The position numbers and the translations under genes were made by a program. Shown here one piece after another: positions 26,501 to 40,263 of a stretch of 64,000 nt of DNA (its first letter is position 1; every line of letters starts with the position of its first letter). The notes beneath the pieces were generated by a model. That model saw nothing but the letters and a program-made list of their open reading frames with translations. It searched no databases and had not been told where the DNA came from. This DNA is from Tubiluchus corallicola (Eukaryota > Animalia > Priapulida). Location: assembly GCA_030141605.1 (NCBI GenBank), contig JAQGDQ010000634.1, positions 58,084-122,083 on the forward strand, given 5' to 3'.

Positions 26501-29500
26501 CTTCTCTGACTCAATTTGTTCATAACAGCCCATATTTTTTCAGTAGACAACTGCAATTGCAGTGTGCTATTTGTAGCTTTTAGTAATTTTTCATTTAACT
26601 TTTATTTGTAATTTAGTACAGAAGTTTTTGACGGTAAGTTTGTTGGACATTGTGCTGTTTAAGCATAGTAGAATTTAACAAAATGGCAACTGTAACAAAT
26701 TACAGTTGGATGTTAAATATGACTACCAAGTGCATGTAAAATGTACTTGCAATTAAATTTGGCATGGGCTTTAGTCCGTTACAATATGTATTGTTTCCAT
26801 TACAAATCAGTGGCTTCTTTAGTCCTGCAAAAAGTTAACGAAGACACTGTTGTTAAGTTGTAGTGGCAAAATAAGGGTTGGATAGATATTTAGTCCACTA
26901 TTGTGAGAGTATAATGTGAATTTTTAAATTTGTAATAATCTTCAAGCCATTAACCTGCTTGTTGACAATCATATTGTGATTATAAGCTCCCTTGTTACTA
27001 TATTTAGCAGCTACAGTTCCAGGGCAATGGCCACAACCAACAGCACAGCCGACAGCTCCTGGAACGACTCCTGCATCTGTAGGACCTGTGCCTGGACAAA
27101 TGCAAGCACCTACTAGTTTTGGTGGATACGGTGAGTATTGTCAGTACTGGTGATGATGGTGGTGGTGGTAGTGGCAGTATTAACAGTAATAATGTAGCAA
27201 TAGCAGTCATCAGTCACATTGGTAATGGAACTGGTGCTGGTACTTGTTCTAGTTGTAGTTGCTTATAGTGGTCATAGTAGTAGAGTGATGAAGATTTTAT
27301 ATCATTATTAAGGAAATTTATTATTATGGACCTTTTGTTTTGTCTGGGTAGTTTAGCATACGTGGGATTTAAAATTTGCAATCCATAGACATTATAAGCT
27401 TTCAGAATTCAAACCATAGTTTCTGGGTATACAGTTATTCAAACAACAACTTTCTTTGACAAAGTGAAACATCTAGTTTCTTGTTTTTGCCAGAAAAATT
27501 TTGATATTTGCAGTTTCAAATGTTCGAAGCAGTTTTTATGTAATGTTTATTCCGCAATTGTACAAAACTCGCTATTCTAGGTATGATGTTTTAATTTAAC
27601 CTCTAACACTGTGAAATGTTCTCAGTGGAATGAAAAGTTATTCTACTTTCTTGTTCCCTATAATTTACTGTTCTTTGTCTTTCACAGGAATGGGATCATA
27701 CCCACAAGAACAGTCCAGTTATGGTCCAGCCCGCGGCTATGGTCAGCAACTCGGTTCCGACACATCAGCTGGACAATACCCAACTCAAACGCCAGGTCAG
27801 TTTCATTGATAATGTCACATTTAGTGCTTAAAGTGCTATCATATTAACCAACAGAATCTGCAAAGATCAGATTTTATTGGGAATGAAAAGACAGTGTGCC
27901 ATAAAACGCATTGTAACATTAACAAAAATCGATGCAACAGTATTCAACGAGACGCAGAATCAATGGCAAACAAAAGGATATTGCGTATTATGGGTGTTGC
28001 CAAATGTGTGTTTGTAATACTTTAATGTGCTAGTATGGTTCCTTTTTTCATGTGTGCTGTTGCAAATACGTTAATTCTTGCTAATTCCCACTTCACAAAC
28101 AATGTATTATTGCTACCAACCAACCAGCACCTGGCATCACAAATCTTGTGTTGTGTGGCATGTGTTGTTTACTTTTCCTGGTAAAAGAAATTAACATGTG
28201 CAGTTGGTAGTTTTGGTGCAAGTAATTCTTTATGGCCATTATATTTATGCAGCTGCCCCAGGCATGTACCAGCAGCCAACACAATATCCGGGCACAGCAG
28301 TAGGACCACAGGGAGATGCAGCACAGCCCCCAGGTATGGATTGTTACTAATTTCTTTTAGTGATGCACCAGATCCGAATTCAGGTATGATATTTGGTCGT
28401 GTTTAAGGATGTGGATCCGATCCAAATTCCGTAAATGATGTCTAGTAGATTCGATCAGGTATTCGCCTATAACATAGGCTAATAGAATTACACAATCCAT
28501 GCTGTTGTATTTTACTGTAATACAATAATTGTGTTTTTTGCTCGGCAGTTTTAACAGTTTTATTATGGAGATAGTAAAACTTGTACAACAACAACGTTAG
28601 ATAGCAGTTCACCTCCTGAAAATAAAATGAGTTAATAGAAGCCATGCTGTACAAGCAGTATGCAATGCAAGTTTCGTAACAGCCATTAAATTTACACTAC
28701 TCAGTACTAACGTGCCAGTAACGAACGAAAAATTATTATATGAAGGGAAAGTTAAATTAGTATATTAGATCGCTGGTTACTATTGTAGTTCTGCATATAT
28801 GGATGTGTATAATTTTAAAAGTACTAAACTTGATAAAATTCTCCTACTTACTAAATACTGATTTTGTGAACTGTTCACTGTTCTTGTGAAGATAAGAATG
28901 ACTGATTCTTATATACTGGTATTCTAAGTTCTATGTACATGGGATGTCTTTAGATACTTTGATATCCCATACAGGCCCTACTTCAGATTTCGTAGGCAAT
29001 CAAATCAGTGTTTCCTTCTTGTGAACACCTGATTTCGAGCCTTTTTCACAGCTGCAACTGACAAAAACAAAGTGTGGTATGGCAGTTTTGATTAAAATTG
29101 GTTAAATTAACCTAACAAAAGCTGAAACTTTCTGAATATGAAAGAGTACTTTTGCGGAATTTGTAAGCACACATTTACACACTGAGTCATGGCATGCAAG
29201 TTTCAGAACTTGAATGTTAAACAAACTGCAGAAAAATAAGTGTATACACTTAGCTGCACAGTCCAAGAATTAGCAAATTAAAGTAAAAGCATGCAAAATC
29301 TAGATTTAGTAAATTATAAGTAATTCGGACACTGTGATCCAGTCCAAATCTGGGAAAAGTGGTCCAGTGCATCACTAATTTCTCTTATATTATTATATAC
29401 TAACTTAAATACCATAACATGTAATTCACAATTTTTGCAGCCAGACATTTGACAATGCCACTTTTTACAAATTGAAAAACTGCTGTGTGTTACACATGAT

Positions 29501-29883
29501 TTCTTTGTCCTAACATCATTATTGCACAAAATTTGCAGGGCTTTGCTTGTTAATATAGTAAAATTGGGCCCTGTTGTGGAAATTTTGTTAAAATTATCGT
29601 AATGAACATATGCATTTGCCCCGTTTAACTTTACCATGTGATGGCCCTGACTATAAATAATAAACCATTTTTAATTATAAATCAATTACATGTTTAACTT
29701 GGAATCCTTTTACATGAAATCAGTAGGCCTGCTAGCACTTTTTATTTTTGCTATGTGTGATTAATCTATCAAACACCTTGTCTGTTAATAGGTTATCAAG
29801 GGCAGTCACAGGCAGCTGGTGGATATCAGCGAAGCGGTCCTTCTCAAAGCTCTAGCCAACAGTATCATCCGTATCGTCGTTAG
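17505..29883 (+). CDS. DAZAP1: DAZ-associated protein 1 / Hrb27C (hrp48)-like hnRNP: two RRMs plus G/Q/P/Y-rich low-complexity tail, about 446 aa, 14 exons
   Basis: Exons 17505-17521, 17736-17776, 18060-18226, 18892-18942, 19242-19343, 20290-20338, 22049-22131, 22775-22979, 25651-25770, 26245-26346, 27008(or 27011)-27130, 27688-27795, 28253-28333, 29792-29883; all GT-AG and phase-consistent; KLFVGGLSW, SRGFGFITYKDP, IDPKACNPRG, KIFVGGLP, VECKRAEP; ends YHPYRR-stop like DAZAP1; AATAAA at 30301 and 30854. Confidence 0.93.
23344..23522. repeat. 88-bp tandem duplication
   Basis: attgggtcttgggacatc...ggcaat repeated at 23344 and 23432 with one mismatch. Confidence 0.9.
24246..25223 (+). mobile_element. 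Non-autonomous pogo/Tigger (Tc1-mariner superfamily) DNA transposon
   Basis: 26-bp TIRs CAGTAGGC(A/G)CCGCTTAATAGACTCAC with one mismatch; TA on the left, CA on the right; subterminal cggttaat(a/t)g repeats at both ends. Confidence 0.85.
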
Positions 29884-31599
29884 TTAGTGAAGTTCTTTCA
29901 CTGTCATCTTACAGTATTTTAAATCATTCCTGGGTACTTTGTTTTTTATTTACTGTTCACTTTCTTTTAGTTTCAACTTTGTCCCATGTTTTTATTATCT
30001 AACTTTTGTGAAAAAGAAGTTTTTAGATTGCTGAAAGATTTTTAATTTCAAGTATGTTGCAAACTACAAATGTATTATTTGCAAAGTGCAGAACTATAGT
30101 ACAAATTAAGTGTTTCCAAAACAATGCTTGGTAAATAGTGTCATGATGTAAGCATCTTTAGATTAACACTACCAGAAAATATTGTAAGTTCATAAAATAG
30201 AACAGGAGTCATGAATCAAGTGATAGACCTCATCCGCGTATTTCAGTTTAAACTGAATCCTGGTGAATTTACTTTAAGAGCTATTCAGAAGTTACTACAG
30301 AATAAAATACTATTGCAGTAAATGTCTGCTGAATACTAATTGCTTACTGAGCATGCATTTTGAAATCTATGTTCTGTAAGCAGGCAGTGAACTCTGTACA
30401 AAATGAGGTGCACGTTTTTAATGGATTACAGTCACTTGTTATAATGCTTCCCACCTAATGATGCTAACCTTGCTTAACGCCCAGATTTTTCACAAAGCAA
30501 AATGTCTATATTTGCATAGGTATGTATGCATAACGCCAAGCTGCACTGCCAAAGCAGGCAGCTGAAAGAGGTTTGACTAGAGTTTTGTGTACTGAATTAG
30601 TGTGCGTTGCAAAGACATTCAGAAGATGGTGTAAAAGCCCCAATGAGTATAGTCACTGTGAAACTGCAGCATCCCTATTTTCACTCTATATTATCAATAA
30701 TATTCTGAAGAAGATTCTTATATTCCAATATGAGAAACTGAGCACACTTGGTAGAGGGAGCATTGTCGCTCACACAGTACCTACCCTGTTGTGCAAGTAA
30801 CGTTTCTTTTTCACTCAACGTGTGCTTAAAGACTGTATCATATTCTTGAATGTAATAAAATGTAGAATTAGATGATTATCATGCTTCCAGCTGTTCTATT
30901 TAACTTAATTTTTTCTGTTATTTTGTTTTAAGTTTTGAAATAAGTACATATCATTTAATACACAATATAAATCAGTGGTGAAAATTTTCTGAAGGAGCAC
31001 CCCCACTAATCTGAGCTACGAGCCACCACTGGAAAGTCCTATTAATTTTGCTTAGCTTTTTTGTGCATCCTTTTATCATCACTATGAATGAAAAAATGAA
31101 AAGGCATGTACGTGCAAAGTCAAAAAACCACAGCCACCCCTAGCAGTAAATCCGACATTTTCATTCTCAAAAGAAACACTGATTGTACTTGTACTGAACA
31201 TGTAAGAGGAATACGAAGCAGTTCCAAAAGGCTGCAATATATTTTATTTAGAAGTCATTTGTTGGCTCTAATAGTTGATTGATTATGATACATTTAATAT
31301 AAGATGTTTAGCCTTGATACAATTTATAACGCCAGATTTAATTTCAATGTCCTGCAATGTAAATTATTTGGGATAGCTTCGTTTTTATAGCCTTTGGATT
31401 AACAGCCAGACCAGTTTTAGCAATAATTTTGCACGCATTGCAATGTGAAAGTGCTTGTGGTCTAGAAGGAAACGTAATAAATTTACTAAATTTTCTCATA
31501 GGTGTGAAAAGCAGTCAAAAAGTTTTAGTTTGGTACAGTAATAATGTCACTACTAGCCAAAACCTGCAAAAAAATGTGTAGAAACCCATATGATAAAGT

Positions 31600-31990
31600 A
31601 TTTCACAGCCACTACATCACGCACCCCACATCAAACCACCCATACCACACAGCTCTTATTGTGTCATAAACCACACCATACCTATCACACAACTCCACCA
31701 ATACAACCCACAACATCATGCCCACCATACCACCACACTACTCAGACCATGCTACACTACAATACGCACACCATGCCGTATCCATAACACCACCCCAATC
31801 ACACTGTACCACATCACCTCACCATATCATCCACAGTACACTCACACACCACACAAAACCTACCACATCACATGGTGATCATGATGATGATGATGATGAC
31901 ATCTACAATATCAACAGCACACCATGCAAAACATTTTGAACAAAGTTGAAACTGTGCAAATGCCATTACACCCATCCACCAATGATCAAT
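31600..31990. repeat. Degenerate (CACCA)n / CA-rich low-complexity repeat
   Basis: Repeated cacca/cacac/catca units; produces spurious H/T/P-rich ORFs. Confidence 0.75.
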
Positions 31991-33069
31991 AATGCACAAA
32001 GTTTCTACATAGTTTTGCTTACTGCTTATCAGATAATAATAGGCTGACAGAAGCACGTACAACCTGTCTGAGACTCAAAGATAGTGGGTGTTCCAAACAG
32101 CGTGCAGCACTAGTGGATTGTGAAAGAACTTCGAAATACACCTCTCCTGTTTCGTTTAGTGGACATCTCTCCTAATGAAGCGTTCACGCCATGTAGACCG
32201 TTTCTTCCTTTTTCCACAAGTTTGCTTATTTCTCTCAACACTGTTCTGCAAAAATCGATTTTTAGTGGGGACTGTTTGTGCAATTTTCTGGAAAATTTTG
32301 GCATATAGGGCCAGGAAAAGACAATTGAAAGGGGTATCCAACTATTATAGGAAGTTTGCAAAAAACAGGCAAAAATGGTCATTTTTGGAGGTTTTTTCCC
32401 TTTGTTCCTCTCTGTGGGCTTACGTCGAAAAACAAACCCCCAATGGTATATCTGTGGATCGAAAACTCTCGTATAACCTACAGATCATCAAAAATGTTGC
32501 CACTGTAGTTATATATACATACCCCGAAATCACATCGCCGAAATTATAGAGATATTTCTCATCGCCGAAATTAAAATTATAGAGATCTTTCTGTGTCTTG
32601 CAGATTATCAAAACGATTTATAAGTCGTCACAACAGCAACCAGTTTACAATGTGAACCCTCTATGGAGAAGAACTTGAAACTTTTATAAGTTTATTTATT
32701 TCCACTATGCATCTAACAGTCATAATAAAATACAGATAATTTCACTGAAGTAAATATAAATATAAATGCAATATTATCCAGAAATTACAAAAGAGATTCT
32801 TATGCAGCATATACATGTGCAAATTACATTACAGAATAATTTTCATGCACACAGTTTGAGCCTAAAAGCATAGCTTAACAGGCCAAACCGTACGTGGAAA
32901 TAATTCTGTCATAAATAAGCTGTAATACCACTCAGTACCTTTCTGTATCTTGCAGTTTATCAAAACAATAATGCAAATGATGTCATAACAGCAACAGTTT
33001 GCAATCAAAATCCTCTTTGCAGGAAAACTTCAAACTGTAATACCATTCCTCTATCGTTGGCCTTTTTGA

Positions 33070-34017
33070 TTAGAAAATTTCCCTCATTTTGTTCCTAAAC
33101 GTATCTAGTTTTGCTACATACACAAAAACATTAGCGAACGAGTTGCAGAAGGCAGGTATATAAAACCAATAATAAGTAAATCTATTTACAATCCAAGATT
33201 CGCCATTTGTATACCAAACTAGAGTGGAACATATCGTTGGAGAGTAACACAAGAAAAATAAACCTACAGATAGTCCAACAGCCTTGACTGGTTTGAGCTT
33301 GGTTTGAAGTTGTGATATTCTGGGATTTAATTCATTGCTTACTGGTAGACCATGCACAATATTGATGCACTGTATCGCTCGTATTTGTTTCCATGCAGTT
33401 TTGAAAATTACGGCGTACAAATATACGAAAGTACCAAACATAATAGGAAAAAATACAATGTAAAAGTACTTCATTGCTTGTGCATATATTCCACTTGGTA
33501 TAGGAATGCACTTATAAAGGAATTCAACTTTGAAAACATCCGTTAGCATATTAAGTGCGAAACTGCCGCAAAAAAGCAACCAGCTGTAAGAACAAATTGT
33601 GCACACTCGTTTTTCAGACAGCAGGATTGGATAGCGTAGCGGATACACAATGCTTATAAATCTTTCAAATGTCAGGAAAAAATAATTCACGAGTGCATTC
33701 AAAACAACTGAGTTGTTGGTTCCATACAAGACTCCACAAAGTAAGCGATCATTCGCTGTTGGATGTACGACATTGAATACTATAATTTCTGTTATGATGA
33801 AAATGCCAACTACCAAGTCTGCAACAGACAAACTGCACAATGAATAATACATTGGTGTGTGCAAAGCATAAGACTTGATGATAGTTAGGATGACAATACC
33901 ATTTGATATGATGATTGCTGTTCCAAGAAACAATAGAAATATGTCAATTCCTGTCTGAACCTTTGCAATTACGTCTTCACTGAATAACAGTGATTCATTT
34001 GCATACATGAATTCCAT
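33070..34017 (-). CDS. Class A (rhodopsin-like) orphan GPCR, single coding exon, 315 aa (copy 1)
   Basis: Seven hydrophobic segments; SN in TM1, LHTPMYY-SLSVADL, TFERF-YPLRY, Cys in TM3 and ECL2, CYSP, NSFANVFVY, helix 8 FR; N-glycosylation site NES. Confidence 0.9.
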   Translation of the reverse strand: MEFMYANESLLFSEDVIAKVQTGIDIFLLFLGTAIIISNGIVILTIIKSYALHTPMYYSLCSLSVADLVVGIFIITEIIVFNVVHPTANDRLLCGVLYGTNNSVVLNALVNYFFLTFERFISIVYPLRYPILLSEKRVCTICSYSWLLFCGSFALNMLTDVFKVEFLYKCIPIPSGIYAQAMKYFYIVFFPIMFGTFVYLYAVIFKTAWKQIRAIQCINIVHGLPVSNELNPRISQLQTKLKPVKAVGLSVGLFFLCYSPTICSTLVWYTNGESWIVNRFTYYWFYIPAFCNSFANVFVYVAKLDTFRNKMREIF

Positions 34018-36219
34018 CGTAGAAACTCACTTCCTGTTTAAAAGTGAGGAATTTCAATCGTGATCTTTAAAATATAATTACTCAGATCTGGAGAAAAAGT
34101 GACAGAGACATCTTGCCCGATGATACAAAAATAGCCCAACATGTAGTATTTGCTTTGATACAACACACGTTGCGACAAATTTTGCGACTGACAGTGTAGA
34201 AGTTTCAGTCATTGGTGATGAACTATAGCTTTTCAGTAATAAATTATAAAATTCGGTGACAAAAGATCAAGCATTTAAAATATTTTTTGCAAAATAAATT
34301 ACTAGAAATGTTTTGTTGTTGCATTAGTGGAAGACAATTCCCTAGTAATGCATGCCAATACCCATTATGTATTCTAATCCAAAAGGTTTTATAAGACAGT
34401 TTCAGAAGAATTGCTGTGAACAAAGAGGAATTGAACTAGCAAAACAAAAGCTCGCCTTAATGGCAAAATGTATTGTAACTTCCCAATTTTATTGTGACAC
34501 TAATGTACACGCAAATATAATGAAATTCCAACATCCTGTTGGTTATAAACTGCACTGGTTAACTTCGTGGTCTATGACGTGTGAGAGCGAGTTCACTGTA
34601 ATGCGAGGCCATCAAGGCGATAACCAGGGCCATCAAGAACCATTGTAGGCCCTGAGGCAGCAAGCATTAAGTTGAAGGGCTCCACTTCAAGTGGCGAAAC
34701 ATTACATAAAGCTGAACTTAAACACACAAATGAACAAAACACATGATTCCGCCAATTACCCATTATTTCCAATGCCTCCACCAATCAAAAAGGTATTACT
34801 GATGAGGAAAAAGCTGGAGAAACGACAAGAAGAAATGGCTAATCCACGTAGACAACTTTATGAAGGAAAAAATTTTAGCAGCTCTAGCTATATAGAACCC
34901 TGGTTGCGTCCTTAATGTTCTAGGGGCCCCTCGGCTCCCTGGGCACTGGCCTCTCCTGCACCACTCTCTCGTCTGGTTTGGCGTGGCGAGAACTGTTAGT
35001 CAAATTGTTGGACTAACATTGCCGTAAGTTTGGTGAATTGCAGTAGGTAGCGCACTACCTCAAATGGACTGCTCAGCAGCTATAGTGTGCGCGTCATATA
35101 ATTAACAAGCAACTCTTAACTTACTGCTTTGCAATGGAGCCCAAGGGGATTTGAAATCCAATATAGGTTAAAAGGAAATCCAAATGAACCAAATTTGACT
35201 GTAGCTGAATTTGCCTCATTGCAAGTATCATGTGACAAAAAAGAAAACCCCAGTAAACTCATAACAAACTATTACTACAGTGATTTTTTGCGTGATTGTG
35301 CTTGCGTCATTTATGCGTAATAATACATTTAAAGCCATGCAAAGCAATACAAAAGAATCTGTAGTTGTTTTACAATAAGTTTTCGTGCAATGCTGATATG
35401 AAAGGTGCTTGAGGTGCATAAGGGAAGATAAATTTGCCAAATCCTCATAGCAATGAAAAATGGTGTGCAGTAAAAATGGCACAGCAGAAAATGACGCAGC
35501 AAAAAATGACATGAAAAAAATGGCACAAATGAAAAAGTGCGTAAAATGGCACAAATGGAACAGTAGAGAAAAATGGCATAATATGTTTTGGCACCCTATA
35601 CCTGCCTTCTCAAAATTTTGTGGAAATTTGTTAGGTAGTGTTTGCGTAATAAGCTTACGGCACGTTCGTTTCTTGCAATTTGCAAATAAGCTCTATTCAT
35701 TGCAAGAACTTTTGAGAGAAAACTGTCGCCTGAATGCGCCATAAGCCATTACTGCTACAGTATAACAGAGAAAAAACAAGAAGCAAACTGTGTTGAAGCA
35801 TAACTTTCTTACCAGGGGTAAAAATAACTTAAATAATTATCAACCTGAGTAACTAATCCCAAACTCAAATTTTAGTGTGCGATTTTTCCAATGCAATTTT
35901 TGCTTGTGCTTTTTTACATACTTTTCCTTTTGTGCCATTTTTTCCTGTGCCATTTTTCTGTATTCTATCCCATTTTACCTACTTTTCCTTTTGAACCATT
36001 TTACCGCACTGTTTTACCGCTGCAATTTTTACCTACGTTTGGGAAAAACAGTCAAAAAGTTTTCGTCTCATTCAATACATCAGTACCTTTCTGTGTCCTT
36101 GCAGATTATCAAAACAATAATATAAATAATGTCATAACAGCAACCAGTTTGCAATACGCATCATCTTTGTAGGAGTATTTGAAAATGCGATATTACTCCT
36201 TTGGCATTGGCCTTTTTGA

Positions 36220-36625
36220 TTAGAATTTTTTTCCTTATTTCGTTCCTAAACGTATTAAGTTTTTCTACGTACATAAAAACATTAGCGAGCGAGTTGCAGA
36301 AGGCCGGTACATAAAATCAATAGAAGGTAAATCTATTTACAATCCAAAATATGCCATTTGTGTATCAAACTAGAGTGGAACATATCGTTGAGTAACACGA
36401 GAAAAATAAACCTACAGATAGTCCAACAGCCTTGACTGGTTTGAGCTTGGTTTGAAGTTGTGATATGTTTGGATTTTTTCAGTGCTTACTTGTTGACTCT
36501 GCACAATATTGTTGTACTGTATTGCTTGTATTTGTTTCCATGCAGTTTTGAAAATTACGACGTACAAATGTACCAAAGTAACAAACATAATAGGAAAAAG
36601 TACAACGTAAAAGTACTTCATTGTT
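36220..36625 (-). pseudogene. GPCR pseudogene (TM5 to C-terminus only), paralog of 33070 and 43922
   Basis: Clear nucleotide similarity to both intact copies; two TGG>TGA stops (about 36318, 36365), frameshifts; 5' half lost at about 36627. Confidence 0.88.
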
Positions 36626-37006
36626 TGAACTGTAAATTGTGAAATGTAGAGAGAGAGAGGGAACGATAGAGGGAAGAAGCAAGAAAGAGAAAGAGATTGT
36701 TAATGAAGTTTTGCTGCAAAATCATCGCTTTTTTAGCTTCAGTCTTAACTGCCGCTGTTCCCAATTTTGTTCTCATGATGTGTAAAACGTAGCGTGTGGT
36801 GTAGTGATATTTCTTCCTGGTGCTACATGATTTGAGCAAGATGCTCGCGGGCCTCGATCCACATGAATCCAAAATTGCAGCATATTTTGATGGCCTCACT
36901 GTCTGGTACTGATACGAGAAATGCTTAGTTTGTTGAGGGTAACCATTACAAGGTACTCATTTGGGTGCACGATAAAAATGATACAGGAAAAACACGGTAA
37001 AAACGG

Positions 37007-38420
37007 TGTTGTGAATAAATTTATGAATATGTATTTTGGAAGATAATTAATGGAGTTATCAGCTGAATTAGATTCAGTTGATAAGCTTACGCCTCCCTGA
37101 TTTCATGAAATAAATTTACACGGTTGAAAGAGAAACTCACCCAGCTGGTAGTCCGAATTTAATGCGTTAGAATTGCCACACGAGTTATAGAAATGCAGGT
37201 GTCGTGTTTAAGAAAGACACTATTGTGTAAGAGAGATAACATGCAGAGTAGGAGCTAATTAAGAGAAGTTCTAGAGCGATTTAGATGTCGCGTGGAAATA
37301 ACGTAATGATAGGAGCCAAAGTCTCTATCAGTGCTCAGCGACATTAGAGAGATAAATCTGAAGATTCGCCGACGACGGTAGGAAGATCTCAAAGGAGATG
37401 GAATTCAAGAAAATTCATTACTGATTGTAAAATCAGAAGTGAAAGGGAAGTCGCTTGACGGGAGGTAGCAGACGCTTGCAGATGTTGCCATATGGTGCAA
37501 TATCATCGAATGTCAGCTCTCAGAGATATAAACTCTAGAAAAAATTACCTAGACACACAGGACGGTGTGCGACACGAAAAGCACGCACGACAGGGTGACA
37601 CGACTCGAGTGTCATACCATACGAGCGAGGGAGTCTGACAAGTGGTTTGCTACTACACCGTGTGTCCGGGACGAACTTCTACAAGACAGAAGCAGCGTTT
37701 AGCCCAGCGTGGATCGGAATCGACGTTCTTAGCCAAGACTGAGCACTGGTGTGACGTGGTCTTGATAAGCAATCAGGTGTAAAGGTACATTGGTCAATCC
37801 ACAAGTTAAGTGATTTCAACTTATTTGTATCTGAGTCTAAATCTGTATAACTGTAGCATTCACATTGTATTAAGCACCTTCAGTGCAGCATATTGAATTG
37901 TGAGTACTTAAAGTGAATAGCATTTTCTCTGGAGCTATACTCTAGTTGTAAACGCCCACCGGCGTATAAGATCAAATATTGTACGTAAAAGCCAGAGTTG
38001 ATAAGGTGTAATTTGTAATCTAATAAAGTCTGTTCACTGTAGTAACGCAGACAACGAGTTCTTGTATGATTAAGAGCGTTCACAGTAAAGCAACACTAAA
38101 TCCTAGATACGAACTTGAGAGATTCGCATTGTACTTAAGAAAGCTCAATTGCCGGAGCAACGCTTGTTAACTTGAGTGAGATAGGCCTCACTCACAACGC
38201 AAGGTCGAAGTGATAGTCTTGAAGGACATCATCATTGCCTGATAGACTGAACTAAAGCCCTCGGAATCAGGTGACTGAGAATCGATCAATCACCTCATAG
38301 CGAACGGAAAGCGAATCTATAAAATATAATAAAGCGATAAAATCTATACAATTAATTCATGATCACTCGATACGGCTAGATAAACTTAAAGATCAATCTA
38401 TCGAGAAAAGAGGTCATGAT
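37007..38420 (+). mobile_element. Solo or truncated LTR related to 58645-60192 and 57915-58644
   Basis: Starts tgttgtgaataaattt (compare tgttatgaataaattt at 58645); collinear shared blocks; TATA-like at about 37527, AATAAA at 38022; sits within aaaatggcaca-type repeats. Confidence 0.7.
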
Positions 38421-38623
38421 AATGGCACAGGCAGTGGCACAAACGTTATTTTGTTGCAGTTGATTTCTATAATAAAACTAGAATGCGCTCAGTAGGAACT
38501 AGAGTTCTGCCAAAGTCGAACAATCCTAAACTTACTTGTCTGATTCTTTCGATTAAAAAACGCAAAACAAAGATAAAGAAGCAAATATTCAAAAACGCGC
38601 CTACACTGGCATTATATAGACGT

Positions 38624-38658
<35 letters not shown>

Positions 38659-39430
38659 TATAACATTTTCCTACTGAAAGGTTGAAAGTCTGCGTTTAAC
38701 ATGAGAGTCTCTTGTGTCAAACAAAACTTGGAACACAAAAATGCCCATTGCCCTGGGAGCTCCCCTTATTGCGCTATTCGATTATTTGCCATTTACCTGT
38801 TTTTTTTTTACTTTTAGGTTTGCGTTCTTTTTTCGTTGGTGATATTTTGGTACAACGAAGCCAATAGCGTCTGTTTTGCTTGGGGTAGACTTGTGTCCCA
38901 GAATAATTTTTTCACAGAAAAGTTTTTTGCCAGAAAAATTTACTTCCCGGAAAAGATATTTCCCAGAATCGTCATTTCATAGAAAAAAAATTCACAGAAA
39001 ATGAAATGAATTGTAGAATCGTAACGTCAGAATGATTAGGTAGCGAATCATTTTGATATACACAATAGTGAAATAAACACGGCGTGTAATTGGCTACCAA
39101 AAGTTAAGTAGCCAAAGCAGGGCAACTGATTTGTTGGGAGACCGCAGAGGATGTGATCTGTGATAACCAGGTATCATTTTTAACTGGCAGTTCTTTGCTA
39201 ATTAACATTAGACAAAAAAGCAACATTTCGTTGGAGCCAATGTGTTACCGCATTAACAAAAAATCGCATCCACGAAGTAGTACGTAGCAACTTTTAATTT
39301 TGTAAGGATGGCAAACGTACATGAAGTTTTGATTACAATGATATGAGAATTTAGAAGTCTGTCTCTGATAAGTACTAATTAAGATGAGACAAAAGGGTAA
39401 CATGCTTCATACCTTCCTTGCAACAAATGG

Positions 39431-39607
<177 letters not shown>

Positions 39608-40100
39608 GAAAGTACGAGTGAGAGAGAGGAGAAACACAGAGACAGGAAGAAGAAAGGAGGTAAGGCAGAACGAAAAACGAACGCCGTGATAGTGTACAAA
39701 ACTACAAAACACATGATACAGTATATTAGTTACGTGAACACAGATGGTTGTTGCTTAATACTTTTGGTACTGAGTGACTCTTCCCAAGCTTACTATACAG
39801 GTATACCAAGTATAAGAAACTGTAAAGAATATTCTGTACACAAATTCTACAAGGAACCAGAACAGGTATAGGCAACGACGCCAAGTTTTTGTTTAAAATG
39901 GAGCGGTCCGAAGCAATGCCCGCTATAAAAGCCTATAAAACGCGAATGTTAACATAAGTTTACGAGTATTATCAAAACGTTCGCAGCCGTGATCAAATGC
40001 CAACATTTGAGTAAAAGTAGGCAACCTGAGTAAATGTGAGTACACTTTATATTTTATTACTTACAGCGAAGAAAGTAATTTTGGTAGGTGCAACATGGCA

Positions 40101-40263
40101 GACACAAGCGCTTAATTCTGATATGAGTTTATAAGTTACAAAAAAAGGTAAAAATATTTCATATCATTGGTATAGACACAAGTGCTTAATTCTGACATGC
40201 AACTTTGGGTTACTGAGTTTATAAGTTAGAAAAAAAGATAAAAATATTTCATATCATTGTTAT
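40101..40263. repeat. Imperfect tandem duplication of about 70-90 bp
   Basis: gacacaag(c/t)gcttaattctga...gagtttataagtta...aatatttcatatcattg occurs twice. Confidence 0.75.

Noticed and set aside
31590-31939. His/Thr-rich ORFs
   Set aside because: Arise from CA-rich low-complexity repeat.
32100-32600. Overlapping ORFs or a DNA transposon
   Set aside because: No domain and no paired terminal repeats identified; probably a repeat fragment but not supportable.
35455-36030. AAAATGGCACA-type repeats as a CRISPR-like array
   Set aside because: Short degenerate units without constant spacers; eukaryotic dispersed repeat also at about 47090-47200.
39090-39116. TTAAGTAGCCAAA with inverted ttggctac, similar to the 28S R2 site
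   Set aside because: Short, imperfect, no rDNA context and 21 kb from the R2 copy.
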